From assembly GCF_964355755.1 (NCBI RefSeq), contig NC_092677.1, positions 10,686,101 to 10,750,100 of the forward strand: DNA of 64,000 bases, read 5' to 3'. Positions 27,128 through 42,100 of the stretch are shown in pieces; position 1 is the stretch's first letter, and the number at the start of each line of letters is the position of its first letter. This DNA is from Antedon mediterranea. Taxonomy: Eukaryota; Animalia; Echinodermata. The translations under genes were made by a program, and so were the position numbers. The notes under the pieces were generated by a model that was given only the letters and a program-made list of their open reading frames with translations, was not told the origin of the DNA and searched no databases.

Positions 27128-30100
27128 ATGTTTCACCTAAAAACATATGTTTTGAGTACAATTCTTTGTGCAACTATGGGTAAGTTAGACATTTTTTTTT
27201 CTTTATATTTGTACACTTTTCAATAGCAGTCTTTTTAATTAGACATTTATAGAGAGGTTTCATTTTAATGACATGCCACACGACTAAAGAAGATATGGAG
27301 CCTAACAGTAATTTTCTGAGCTTTTGTAGAATAACCTTTTGACTTGATATATTAGTAGTCTTATGACGCACTATGAAAAAACGAAATGATGCAATTAAGG
27401 TGGGAATTTACGGATGTTTATGCTTGTGTAGAATGACTTTTCGACTTGATAGATAAGTAGAAGTGTGACGTGTCCTGAAAACTAAATGGTGCTATTAAGC
27501 TGGGAGTTTGCTTTTCGATTAATCCATCATTTCCCAGTGGGAACCAAACTTTACAGCATGAGTATTATACTGTTTTCAAATAACAAAAACCCTTGCATTC
27601 AGTATGTAGACTTGACACAAAAATCACCCTGTTTTATTTTTGTTTACAGTGACAGCACCGTGGACTGTAACGGACTATACTGATGACATTACTTTTCATT
27701 TCGAAGACAAGGACAAAACTTACAATCAGTTTGTCACAAATGGTCACTGTGACGGCCGCGCCACCCGTGGTGGCGTCAGTGTACCCATCTACATTGAATC
27801 TCCAGAAATAAATACTTTTTTAGCTGCTAATCTGCTAAATAACGATCCAATACTTTTGGGTATTCGTAAAATAAATGGAGCATGGACTTGGGCAGCAACT
27901 GGACAAGAGGCGGTGTTTACAGGTGAAAAGGAAAAAATTATAAACAAAAATAAAAAAGAACAAGAAATTAATTAATTAAAGATATATTGTTCTCCTGAAA
28001 AAATAATGTTTGTTGTTGAATATACCTATTCAAAGTCTTTTTAAAAAATTAATCTTTATTGTTCATGTTTTATAGGGCAATACATCATATATAAATAATA
28101 GCATTTTCCGAAAATTTGCCCTTTCTCTCTGGCTGCCGTGTTTGATTAATCTTATTGACTGATTTATTTGTGTTTTATTGAGATCTGCCACTGTTTTACA
28201 CTGTAAACACTTAGGCCATACCATCCATGGTATTCCTTTATATGATTGCCACTAGTTGGCATTTAGATTTTTTTTTCAAGTTCAAGTTGTATACAGTACA
28301 TATGAAATGCAAATATGCCAAAATGTTTATCTCTTTATCATTATTAAGTAGAATTGCAGTCTAGAACCTATGCTATGTTAACACTATTTTAATATCCATT
28401 TAGCCTGGAAAGAGGATGAGCCGTCTTCCGGTCTTGATTGTGCCTACATGAATCAAGAACAAGAATGGATTGCTTTATCCTGTAACTCAAAGAGTTATGT
28501 ATGTTGTAGAGAAGGTGAGTATACTTCATATTATAGTAATTCAATTCAAAATTTTAGTTTAAGGTATAAAATTAATACTACGGTTTTAATTGATAAGCGA
28601 TCTATTGCAGTTACTGCAGTAACTACATTTTCTTACTGCAATAATGCCTGCTTTTAGTTTGTTTCAAAGTTTACTGCAAACAGTATGAAACCTGAAAAAG
28701 CGTGCTAAATAATGGCATAAACAAATTTGAGAGTAAAACAAAATATAGTAACTGCAGTATAATAATTGTCAATAATAATACATGAAAAATGAAAGGAAAG
28801 GAAAAAAAAACTTGTTTAACATGTTTAGTTGGGCACACTTTTATATCCATTATTGATGACGTTATAAAGAAAACTGGGGAATTGAGTCCCTGTGCAATGA
28901 TCATGTATAAAATATCATATACAGTATATTGTATATACAAAGCATTGTTTGATATGAATATCCTCAAATGTCCAGTATACTAGGCAACCAGAACAGCCAA
29001 TGCATACTCAACAATATCAATAATTATTGCTTTAAAAAAACTGAAGAAGCTTTATTCATCTTAGAAAAAAATATGCACAAACAAATATAATGTTTTTTTA
29101 AACTGACCTAAGAAAAAAAAGATGATGTTTTTTAATTAAATAAGTTTATCAAATTTAGCTAAAATGACACTGTAAGGCTTTAAAATAAGTATTATAAATT
29201 ATAGTTTGTTGATTTTTATATTGAATTTAGACCATCCAACTCCTACTACAGCTGCTCCAACTACAACCGCTCCCACAACAACTGCTCCTACGACAACAGT
29301 ACCTACTACAACGGCTCCCACGACAACTGTACCTACTACAACGGCTCCCACGACAACTGTTCCTACTACAACAGCTATGCTTGAAACAGAAGGTAAGTTA
29401 ATATAGTCAGCTACGAAAACCAGTTTGAATTTAGCCTGTTTTCCATTTTGCAAATTGCATTGTGGCAATCCAATGTTTTCAAAGACAGAAAAATCACACT
29501 ACCATTTATTATTTTCCACTAGAAGAGCGAAAACTGTAACTGTGATTTTCATTTTTATTTCCTGTTTGCTAAACTGTTCTATGTACATGAGTTCTCAAGA
29601 TGGTGAGGTAACTTATTTCCTGGGTTCTGATTGGTTGCGCATTTGTTTTTTCGCTTTGCAAAAAGTAAATCCATTCAACACTACTAATTACGCTGAAGCA
29701 AAAAAAACTTGAATTTTGCAGCAGTGGAAATGACTTAGATGATGAAATATGAATTATTACGCATAAGCTGATGCTTTCAACTCGTCATATAAATTCATGG
29801 AAAAAATCATATACGCTTTTCGCTTTTTGATAACCATATGTTGGTATTTGAAAAAACTTGAAAAAGTAGACCATTTGCACGAACAAGGCTACCTATGCAG
29901 CACAACAAAATAAAGGCCAATTTACACAGACGGGCAGTAACGGTAAGCGGAAAACTTATTCTACATATAATCTGTATCTATCCTGAGCGGAAACCGCCCG
30001 CATTGTGTGTAAATGGCCATATGGAATAACATAGATTCTATATTTTTATTACCATTACTGCTCGTCTGTGTAAATTGGCCTTTAGGCTACTTTTTCGAGA

Positions 30101-33100
30101 ACATTTATTGATTAATTTTAAGAGTTTTAAATTTAACTTAAAATCATACTGTTTTTCCTATTGTTATCATTGGTTACCATACCCATTATTTTATGTAATT
30201 AGAATTTTTATATTGTATTTGGAATAATTTTAAATACTTTTAATTGCATATTTGTAACTATACAAATGGTAAGTATAAACTGTAAAGAAGGATCCAGGAT
30301 ATTTCAAATCGGGATGCGCTAACATAATATTAATAATCTGTCAAAAAAAAAAGTAGTAAAAAAGTAGTTAATAATGTCATTTTATATTAGTTTTGAAAAG
30401 AACTGTTGAGTTCTGAAAAGAACTGAGGAGTGAGAATCAAAGCATATTGATCAAAACGTCGAGAAACGCAACAGTTCTTTTCAGAACTAATATAATGTGG
30501 TGTACCGCAAACTTTATATCAACATTTGATTTCGCCATGCAAACCTTCAAATATAATGTCATTTTAGCTGTCAAAAAGAAGGTGATGGCAACTCAAGCCC
30601 TACCCCCTGAAGAGACTCCTGTGTGTTATTTAATTGGTCACCAAACATCTTAAGACCAAGCTACAACCCCAATTACTTGTTTTATTGAATTTTATCATGA
30701 TTTTTTTATATATTCTGTTTCAGCACCAGATGTATTATTACGTAAGTATACAGTCTTTTAAGGATCTAATATCCCCAAAAAGAATGCAGGCCCATTACTT
30801 ATGTGTTATTTCTATGTGACTGTTCTTACAATGTTAACACAGGGAAAACCTTTGAATAATAATAGCTACTTTTTGAATAAACGAAAAAACTATAAAAAAA
30901 TATTAAAATAAACTAGACATGAAACTCGTCACTTTGACGAGTTAGTTATCCGCACAGCGACAAACGCCACGTGCACGTCATACGTTGGAATATTGCACAC
31001 AGATAAAGATTATGGCATTATGACAAGAACTGAAGAATATGATATGCTGTTAGTGCTGAATTCTGTCAATTTTGTGTCATATAGTATATACATACATGCA
31101 AACAGTATAATCTGTATACATATTACATACAGTGTAGAATAGGTGAAATTACGGGACCCGCCATTTATTCCAATTTTTAACATGGCGACGGTATCAAAAT
31201 GAAACACTTAATTAACAATTTCAGAAGGAAATTATCTCAGGAACAACATATTAACGTGTAGAAGAAATTTGAATACGTAAAATATAGATGCGCACCCTTT
31301 TAAATGTGATGAACTATTACGCAAAATATGAAAATACGACTTTTTTTATTCAACTGGCAATATGATGACGTCACAACATCCGATTGGCAAAATGTTTACA
31401 TGAATTCGTATCTACAATCCTATAGCTTCCAGAAAACGTTTTAATCGTGATTATCACATTTTATTCTTACGAGCTATTACAGATTAAAATTTACTGTAAA
31501 TATGAAATTAATGACCCACGTAATTAAAATTTTTAGGCATGATGACGTTATAAAAATTAAAATATTTTTATCTCATGCTAAAGAAAGTTGATTGACCTAG
31601 ACAATATATAAATATAGCAGAAAAAGGAATACAGATAAGCGTGATGCGCTCCATTGAATGTGATGAGCAATAACGAAACAGACAAAAATCCTATATTTTA
31701 CATTCGTGTGGCCATACGATTACGTCAAAATGTTTTTTTAGCCTTATCGATGCATGATCTGATATCTGCAACTCATCAACTTCTAGATTTTGTAATAAAA
31801 ATAAACGGTTCACGGTTTACTTTAGAAACTATGACTGTTTAAAAAAAGACATTATTTTGATGATTTTTTAAGCTTTTTCATAAAAAACGCGCACAAATTG
31901 TCTAATTCAACGTGTTCGTATGGCGTTATTTAAACTGGAAAAGGTCTAAATTGTTTTCAAAATTACTAGGAAAGGCTTGAAAAATATAATTCAAGAGAAA
32001 AAAATACGTTTTTATCGCTACGTGCGCACCGCGTGCGTAAAAAAATGCGCGCCCGTGGGAATTTTTGACATGCTCAAAACGCGTAAAAAGAAATTGAGTA
32101 GAAATTAATTTTGCGCATTTTGAAATTTTAAATGCGCGTGCGCGCGTAACTTCTTGTGAAACATGCCATTTTTAATCCGTAGAAAGTTTGCCCCTGATAT
32201 GACTTAAATTTTGTCAAAGTGTCAATACTAAATGACTTTTGGTTTTTAATCTATGATCAATCATTGAAATTCATAAAATTGCGCGTAAGTCACGTTGCGC
32301 AACTATGACGTCATTCAAAAATAGGAGGTGCACAACTTCACGTAAATGCCCATATGTTGTCAAAGTTATGAAATGTTATGTTTACACATTTTAGAGAAAC
32401 GCGACTCACAAAAAAGGAAGGAAGGAAAGAAGAATAATACAGAAAAAAAATGTTGATCTCATACAATAACAAGGTGTTATCCGCTTGGTATACCAAGCGG
32501 ATAACTAATAAAATCAAACTTTGACTATGCCATGAACATGTGACATTAAAATGGTAACATATGTAAAAACAATTGAAAATATTAATTTCGTCGTCATTAT
32601 TGTAATTATTATTGCTATCACTAATCTAATATATTTTTTATTTCACTGTGCATTATCTCATATAATTCATATTGAAAAACTTGATGTTCATTGGGACAAA
32701 TAAATAACGATAACGATTGGTGCAGGAGTATGGCAGTCACATCCTACCACTTCTAGGTATAATAGATTAGCATATCACAAAGTGGATGACTATTATCATC
32801 TAGGATACACATAAACAGTCTCATTACACATGTGTGGTGAACAGACTCAACACTTTGCAGACTAGAGCCAGTTAAATTACCTACTTTCCTTGTTATACAA
32901 TCGATCCTCACCAACTCTTTCAACGCGTTACTACCCCACGCTGTAATACAATGCGCCCATATACCACAAATAACGGATTGGTAGAACATAGTATGGATTT
33001 CATGTCTGACATGAAAGTCGTTCATTTTACGAATGCAATTCAAACGAGTGTTAAGTTTTTTCATTACACTATCTATATGATCTCCCCACTTAAGTTGATC

Positions 33101-36100
33101 ATCGAAAACGACCCCTAAATATTTATATGTGGTTACCCTTTCAACACGAGTATTATTAATTACGACCACTTCAGTCTCAATTTTATGTTTACGAAAATCA
33201 ATTACAAGTTCTTTAGTTTTGGTAATATTAAGTTTAAGGTAGTTATCATCACAATACTAATAACAAGTCCTATAATAACTGTCATTATCGTACCTTATTA
33301 GCCCAAGCAATGCAGTATCATCAGCAAACTTAACTACTAAACAGTCAACATGACTGTATCGAAAGTCGGATGTATATAATGTAAAAAGGAAAGGTGCCAA
33401 TACCGTGCCTTAAGATGCACCCGTATTGGTCACAATTCTATACTATAAAAGTTTTTATATGGCGCCCTCCAAAGAAGAGAGCGCCTAGGAAATATATTCC
33501 CTCGAACAAAATATCATTCCCTTTGGGATGTCAAATCTTATATTTAACCTCTAAGCAGTCAATATCTGTATAATATTCAACTTTTAAATTTATTTTTTAG
33601 TTATTGTTATATCTTTATCTTTTTTTGTAAAAGGTATTTCCATAATTGTGTAATGTAATAAGATTTTCTCTTTACTAGATTGTCAGTCATTCAATATAAT
33701 TTATTTATTTTGTCAAGAACTCTGGCTCACGTTCTAATATAAACACCATAAAAATAAACAATTTCATAATAAAATATGATAAAATGGGTAAAATAAAGAC
33801 AGTACGACTTGACAGTGTCTTGAAACTAGACTTGATTAAATTGCATTTCTTTATTTGTTTAAATCTAGCAACAAGAATTACATAATAAAATAAAAAACAA
33901 TTTCTGTTAGATAAAAAAGAAAAGATAAATTACAATTTTTCATTTTTGTAATTTGATTTCTGATTTTCACCCTTTATTTATAACAATACTTATATATCCT
34001 ATAGGTTTTAGAAAATAATGCTTTTGAAGAAGAATCTAACAAATTACGTAAATATTCTTGCCTATATAAAATGAATTCCCTGTGCAAAAGAAATTGCATT
34101 CTGGAAATCCAGAAAAGTTAACTATTCTGTTTTCTTATCTTGTGTAGAACCTCCGCAGGACCTTACTGCTTTTTTGCGGAACAACTGGGTTAGTTTATAC
34201 CACGCTCAACAGGATACTAGTGCTCCAATACCACATATATCAGTGTCGTACTTAGTTGAACCCCACAATTATGTGGAATTGGAGGATACTGATTGGAGTG
34301 ATACTTTATTTGCTGGGTCTACGACACTCAAAATACGGAGTCAAGAGTTGTGCAGGTTAATCATGAGACTACCAACATCTGGTGCAGCAGAGCTTCGTCC
34401 AGGTCCTTTTTTGACTCGGTATATACCAATAGATTATGATGCAAGGCCAATAAATATTACAGGTTTTATTCAGGAACTTGGAGGTAATTTCTCGGCAAAT
34501 TATTTGTCAAACACCATTTTATACTTGCTTATATAAACTAACCAATTGGTTGGTTAATACTTAGAAAATTCCATAGTGTAATGGTAGACGCTATTTGAAT
34601 TGAATATAGAGTATTTGAAACATGCCTTTTGGTACTGCCTAGACTATGAAATATTAACAAATACACAAAACCACACATGCTAGTTCTCTAATGCCCATTT
34701 TTATAAATCAATTTACAAATTAATTAAAAAAGTATTGACATTTTAGTTTTGAACCCATACAGTACTGAAACCAATACACATTTGCAGAAATTCCAACTAG
34801 TTTAAGTTTGTAACTTAATTTAATTACATACTGTATGTTCATTTTGTTTTGATTGAAGCATATATTCTACCATTGAATCCATTTGTTGTTACATCGACTG
34901 GTGGGTATGCCCAGCTTCAAACAAATGCGAATGAAAATCAACAACTTCGGTGGAGTTTTAATGGAGTAAACATCCCCACAGCCAATGGGTTTGAAGTTTT
35001 AAAGATTTCAAATGCTACCGTTGAAGATGATGGTATCTATGAATGTTATATAGATGGAAGACGGGATGAAAACATGCATGCATTTTTCCAGCTTAGTGTG
35101 AGAGGTAGTAAAGGCAATATCATACTTATGTTCATTTAGTAACTGTCTTTGAAGCTTGTAGATAGGTCAGGTAACAATATTTAACATATATATATATTTA
35201 ACAATAATTTTGATTTTTCATACATTTATTGTTACAAATTTGATTTTCATATTGTACATAGTCTTTTCTTGTAATCTTAATTTTATTTTTTCTTGTATTG
35301 TTTGTTTGTCTGGAGTTAGAGAGACTGATAGTTGTCTTTGACAGCTCTTGTCTTTCCTCAGTGCTCCTTTTTTAGGTGTCACTGAAAGGAATATAAAAAT
35401 AAATACATAAATTACAGAGGTTTCAAAATGGACCAGGAAACCGGTGTAACCCTTCCCATACCGAAAGATTCAATGAGTTTTTTTTAGGTGGACACAACCC
35501 AGAAGTGAAGACTTGTTCTACCACCAGAGTTATGGCCGAGAGTGGCTTGCAACCTTTGCCGATATTATGGCCACTCGAGTCTCTATTAAGCAAGATGAAA
35601 TACAACTGTTATGCATTATTTTAAAAACAACTAATTTGTTCGTACAGAATGCCCTGCAGGGATGTGTGGTCTACCTAATTGTCGGTACACATGTCCAATC
35701 TGTAAATATGGTGGAGTGTGTGAACCTGCTTCTTGTACATGTATCTGCCCTTCTGGATACATTGGTGATCTCTGTGAAACACGTATGTATCATACCATTT
35801 TTTGTAATACAATAAACCATATTCAGGGGACACTTTTGCATGAAACAAACGAGAGGCAATACATATTTCAACCCTTAGGCAACCTTTATTCAGAGGAAAC
35901 CCTCATCAAGGGAACTCTTTCGCATGGAAATAATTAGGGCATTACACAGGAAACTTCTATCCAGGGGACACTTTTTTGTGTCCTGAAAAGGTTCTATCTG
36001 TATATATAAAAGGTCAATAATAAAAACATAAAGTAATATAATTCAATTGTAATTATTCAAACATTCTTTGCAGTAACTAGATGTATTATTTTCCAGCATA

Positions 36101-39100
36101 TGCAACCAATTATTTTGGACAGTATGGTAGTATTAGATGTAGTAGTTCTGCTGACAGCTGTAAAGATAAAATATTGTGTCGGCCACCACCTTTTGGATGT
36201 TCTTGTGCTGGAGGCTTTTATGGACTTTTATGTGAATCGTGTAAGTTTGATGGGATATTAAACCTATCGTTAATGGTGTAGATTGTAATGGTACTGCTAA
36301 AGCTGTTGCTACTACAGCAGCAGCAGCTGAGATTAATTAAACAATTATTCCGACAACATTTTTTTTTTATATTTATATATTTTTATCCATCAACAATTTT
36401 AAAGATTTAACTTTTTGTTTTTATATTATATTGAGGCCACTTAATGGTCACTTCCTCTATTAAAAATGGATAGGCCACATTTGTTAAAGATTGTATAAAA
36501 TGAGAAAAAAAACACAACCATCCTTGAGGAGTGCCTTGAACCTGTGTTGATTGTATGACTTATGGTTTGTATTCTGGCGCCCCTGCCTTAACCACTCGAC
36601 CAATCGACGTAGTACTGTAGCAACAATTACGGTTGTTACTGCAGTTGTTGATACTACAGCAGTTAATACTGCAGCAAAATCTGTTGTTACTGCGGTTGGT
36701 GATACTACAAGAGTTGATACTGCAGCAACAACTGTTGTTACTGCAGTTGTTGATTATATTTGACCCAGTTCCGTTATGGTCACATGGAAATGTGTTTTGT
36801 TTTAGTTTGTCCCACTGGTAAATATGGTCCAGATTGTCGGTTTGATTGTGATTGTCCAGATGATCAATGTAATTATTTCAGTGGTTGTTCTGGTGGTTGT
36901 ACTAACGGCATGACAGGTGACACTTGTGATGGTAATAAATATTTTATTCTTATATGAATATTCTTAATATGCGGGATTATTGAATTAAGGGAAACCCTTG
37001 AAGTTTAAAATTTTCTTCAAAATGTTACTTTAAACAAAATTTATAAAAATATTGATTGACTTAAGTGAAATACTTATTATTTAAGGAAGTGTTTCACTTC
37101 AGTGTGTTTGATGAACACAGCCACAGGTTGTGAATATTAACTTTTAACTTGACTTGTGTACATAACAATTTAATTGTTTGAGATTATACTTGAATTAATA
37201 CTCGGATCATATATATGATTATACAAATAAAGATATTCTTGTTTTCTTTTACAGAATATTTGGCAGAGACTCCATGTCCGATTGGGTTTTATGGTACACA
37301 GTGTGAATTTCAATGTGAATGTTCATCATCTCTCACCTGTGATAAGGTGACAGGGGATTGCATTGCACCAGGTTAGAATACAAACTTTTTGATGTATCTT
37401 TACAGGTCTTTCTATACTACAGTAGGACCCCTATTAAGGAGACACCTCATGAACCCAAAAAAGTGTAGTTTTAAAACATATACCCTCATTACACTTGACT
37501 GTCGTACAGATAGACCCGGGTTCAATGCCCGACAACTCCCAGTCCACTCAGCTGTAAAATGAGTACCTGGTTGAAAATACTAGGGAGAAAAAAGGCGGCG
37601 TGGAAAGGAACTGGCCACCCTACCACATAATGCCGAGGCTTAGTACAATGAGCTCCTAACAGCTCATTCCCCTACGTTCAGAGAACACGGGACTCACCTT
37701 TTTTACCCTCATTAGGAGTGCTTTAGGTCCCTGATGCAAAGATATTTCACAGTACATTGGTAGCTTGGTTTTTTAGAGGTACAGGTATGAACGTTATGCT
37801 AATGATCTTGAGGCAGTTGGTTGGAGTCCCACCCGTGAATTATCATTTACATCAGGCTAGGGCAGCAAATCTGACAAATTAACTTTGGTTCCTGATGCAA
37901 AATTATCACATTTATTCAATAGAGGAAGGGGACTGTGTAAAATTGGTTCCAGATCTTAACTGGTTTTCGATTTAGTTGCATAACCATTAGAGACTATTCA
38001 ATTGCATGATTGCAATATGTTTTTTTTTCTGTAGATGAAATTATGGATATTGTGTTGGTGGTAGACCCCCCATGGACAGACATGTCAAGCGATCCTGCTG
38101 TCACGCTGACATTCTACTCTCTCAAAGATTCACGAACGGTAGAAATGACTATTGCATTGACAGATGATCCTTCAGAATTCGTAGATTTTGATGCCTCAAG
38201 TAACGGTCCATTCTCAAGTGATTCAGTTATAACTCCAGATAGTGATGATGCTGCAAACACAAACTCTATTCAAGTTGTTGTTGGAACTTCAAGTACTGCA
38301 GAACAAAGGGTGGGACCATTCACTGGTACAGCCACCCTTGATGGATTTGTGACAACGACAACAGCATGGTTTCGCCCAAATAATGGTCAGTATACATAAT
38401 AATCAATAATATAGGGACTATTAAGGGAGGAGGACAGATATTCCGTGTTCGCTGAAGCGTACAATCACAAACAGACATAAACGTCATATCCGTTTCAGTA
38501 CTAGTTACGCGCACCTGCTAGTTACGCACAACTGGCCAAAGACAACATGCCTACTACTACTATAATAGGCTAGTGGGGCGAGACCTAGGTCTACCTAGAT
38601 AGTATTAGTGGCAGTAGTTAGTAGTACGCTGGTGTATTAAATTGGGTGTATATGCCCAGCTAGCATAGCAACATCTCTCTCCCTCCCCTGTCTTGCGGCA
38701 ACCCTTCTGAATCTCTTGGCCCTGCCTGCTGGTACAGCATAGGCCTAGCCTTCCTATTCAATTGCTGCACAACATTTTTTCTTTTAACACAGCCATTTTA
38801 ACCCAATAAAAATGTTATTTTGTTAAACCATTAAAGTAGAAGTTCAAATTTCTTTCTAGTCATTCTCCGTAAGCTCATGCATACATTATTCATGAGCCCC
38901 GCCCTGTGGCTTCCCGTATTTTTGGCCAAATGTCCCTAATTATTACTCACTTCAATAGCATCTTACCACAGTAGTTTATTTTTTAATTGTAAAGGTAATA
39001 GGGAAATGTTAAGGTTCATGTCATTATTCTAAAGCAGGTACTGCAGTAACAACATTTTGATTTATAATTTTATAAAACATGGCCAAACCTTAGATGTACA

Positions 39101-42100
39101 GTAGCTATATTTAAAAAAAAAACAACATTGAGGGCACTATTACAAAAATTTTGTTTTGGATTTATGATTTTAATTGATAGATTCAATATTTCATTTATTT
39201 TTACTAGCTGCAATCAACGCTTTAGTAGATGTAGTCCGTGTTTCACATGGCGGATTCGCAAAATTATCTACAGATGCCGAAGAGAATGCGAATCTACGTT
39301 GGAAATTTAATGGAGAGGATTTGGATTTTGCAAATGGATTACCAATCTTAACTATTACAAAAGCATATATTGAAGAATCGGGTGTTTATGAATGTTTTCT
39401 AAACGGTGATTATGACCAGAAAGCCCATGCCTACTTTCGAGTAGTGGTCAGAGGTGAATTTTTATGATTTTATTCTGATAAAAAGATAAAAACAATACTG
39501 CAGTTTTGCCGTTAGGTCAGACTGTGTTTATGGTTAGGGTCACTGTGACCGTACCTGAACGTAAAATTCATCAATACAATATGTACACTTTTTCATTCTC
39601 TCTCTTATAATATACAGTAATATGACGTTCTATATTTTATCAGGCTGTCCTGGTGGTTTATGTGGACGTCCAGGATGCTTGGAGCGCTGTCCTGTTTGTT
39701 ATAATGGAGGTGTTTGTTCCGCTGATACTTGCTCATGTGTCTGCCCAGGAGGGTTTCATGGTTCACAGTGTGATCAGGGTAAGTACATTTTATAGCACAG
39801 GAATGGCCTGTCACACACGACTGTTCATATGCACAGAATGACTTTTCCACAGCTGCATAGTGTTTTGGCATGTGAAAACAAAAGGTTGCTATTATACACT
39901 GAATATATCTAGTCAAAATCCAAAGGTAAATATATAAATATGTGTTTTAATGAAGATACTGTTTGTATCCCGTTTGAAATTATAGTTTGTGATGAACGAG
40001 ACAATGTGTTTGGCACAGATTGCAGTACAACATGCAGTCCAGAACCAAATGGAAACTGTAGTGGAAAGATATTCTGTTATCCGGATCCACTCGGCTGTAT
40101 TTGTGCGTCTGGATGGATGGGACAAAATTGTGATCAAAGTAAACATTTACATATGCAATCATTTCATACATGGTTACCCTATAACCCTATTTTTTTTAAA
40201 GCTTGGCAGCACACTGCCCCCCCCCCCCCTCACGATGTTTGTCTTCCTCCTACCGGGCATCTGCATTAAAATCTCTGACCCATCATCATTTTTCTTATCC
40301 TTTTATTTTTGTCATAGATTTGTAAATAAATGTTATGAAATTTAAAAAAAAACTTGTCTGTACAGAAACATTTTCACTAGAAACAGTTTTTAAACAAAAA
40401 GATTTAAACTCTGACCCAGTATTAAACCCACTAACTTATGTTACCAGGTATATCAGTTCGTACTTTTTCAAGGCAATAACTTGTGTGCCAAAGCTAACCA
40501 AAAGTCTGTCAAATGAGGATACTGTACCTCTGAAATTTTAATAATAGTAAATAAAAAGCAATGATTTTTTTTAATTCAGTGTGCGAAGATGGATATTATG
40601 GACCAAACTGTGATCTTGAATGTCATTGTAGCGATGGTGACTGTGACTATGTTGCTGGATGCGCTTCTGGTTCTGTCTGCACAGATGGATTCATTGGTGA
40701 CACTTGCAAAGGTTTGTTTTGACAGTAGTAGTAGATTTTTTTTTTTACCCAAAAAAAAGTATGTTTAATAGTGCGTACTATTGCACACAATGTGACCCAC
40801 AATCAAATGACTGGAATTTATTTAGGTGTTATATAATATCATTATATTCACAGTGTACAGTAATTTGTGGTAGTTTCTAGTTAAGTAGGCACTAGAAAAT
40901 TGTATACATATTTACATGTGAATTTAAATATTTCAATGTCAGATCCTGGCCCTGACTCTACCTGTTCTATTGGGGATTTTGGTGAGTTGTGTGAACTTCA
41001 ATGCGAATGTGATTTTCAACAGGCTTGTAACAGAACCACTGGTGAATGTATACCATGTAAGTATTTAAAACCTCTCATAGCATAATGCATAAGTTTGCTT
41101 TATTTATTCTGTAAGTTTTTTATACTTACTTTATTTATTTTATAATGTACGACTACGGTTTCAGCCACCGGCTGTTTTTGTCATTGACTTTTTTTTTAGT
41201 AAAGATATACCGAAATATATATATACACTAGTGTTTCTTGCCATCAGGACTAGAACAGTATGTCACATTCTATTAAAACTCTGTCTACCCTCTCAAACTG
41301 TATGTGACAAACAAATGTGATGTGCTCATATATCACTACCATATTTGAAACTTTAACAAACTAGTTTGATAGTCTTGATAGAGCTTTATATCAAACAAAA
41401 GGATCACACAACAGACATTGTAAAGATTATTCTTGTTGGTACATGTTGGATAACTTTGATAGCTTTTAACTGTGAAATAGAGGAATACAGTATAACATTG
41501 TAATAGACAATTATATTATTTTAAGGTAAATTAATGATCGGAAAATCAGAAAAGTAGGAAGTGTATACAGTATATGTATTTATTTATTTTCATTAGATCA
41601 AAATACAACAAGTTGTGAACAAGGTTTTTATGGAGAATATTGCACCCTAACATGTCCATGTGGAGCTAATAAGGCTTGTGACAGAGTAACCAGCGAGTGT
41701 TATGTAGGTAAGATACAGACAGGAAGGAGTTGTTTAAACAAAATTTATAGTTGTCATAGTATTTGTTACTGTGGTGGATGTTGATGGCTTTTGGTGGAAT
41801 TGTAACGACAATGTTTTTGTTTTATTTAGTAACTACAACAGAAGAACCAACTACAACAGCAGAACCAACTACCACAGCAGAACCAACTACAACAGCAGAA
41901 CCAACTACAGCAGCTCCTACTACAACAGAAGGTAAGTTAATATTCGTAATAAACACCACACATATAAAAGAACCCCGTAAAACGCGAAAGACACTCTTCC
42001 TCCATACCCCCCACCCCCTTCCCTCCAATCCCCCTCCCCCCCTCCCCCACAAAAATTGGTGTAGTCTGTCAGGCATTTCAAATCTCTCAGGTTGGTAAAT

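Noticed and set aside
36551-36821. Thr/Val- or Leu/Gln-rich ORFs (also 45353-45623) as mucin exons
   Set aside because: An intronic (GTT/ACT/GCA) simple repeat with no suitable splice sites. The flanking EGF exons join in frame without it.
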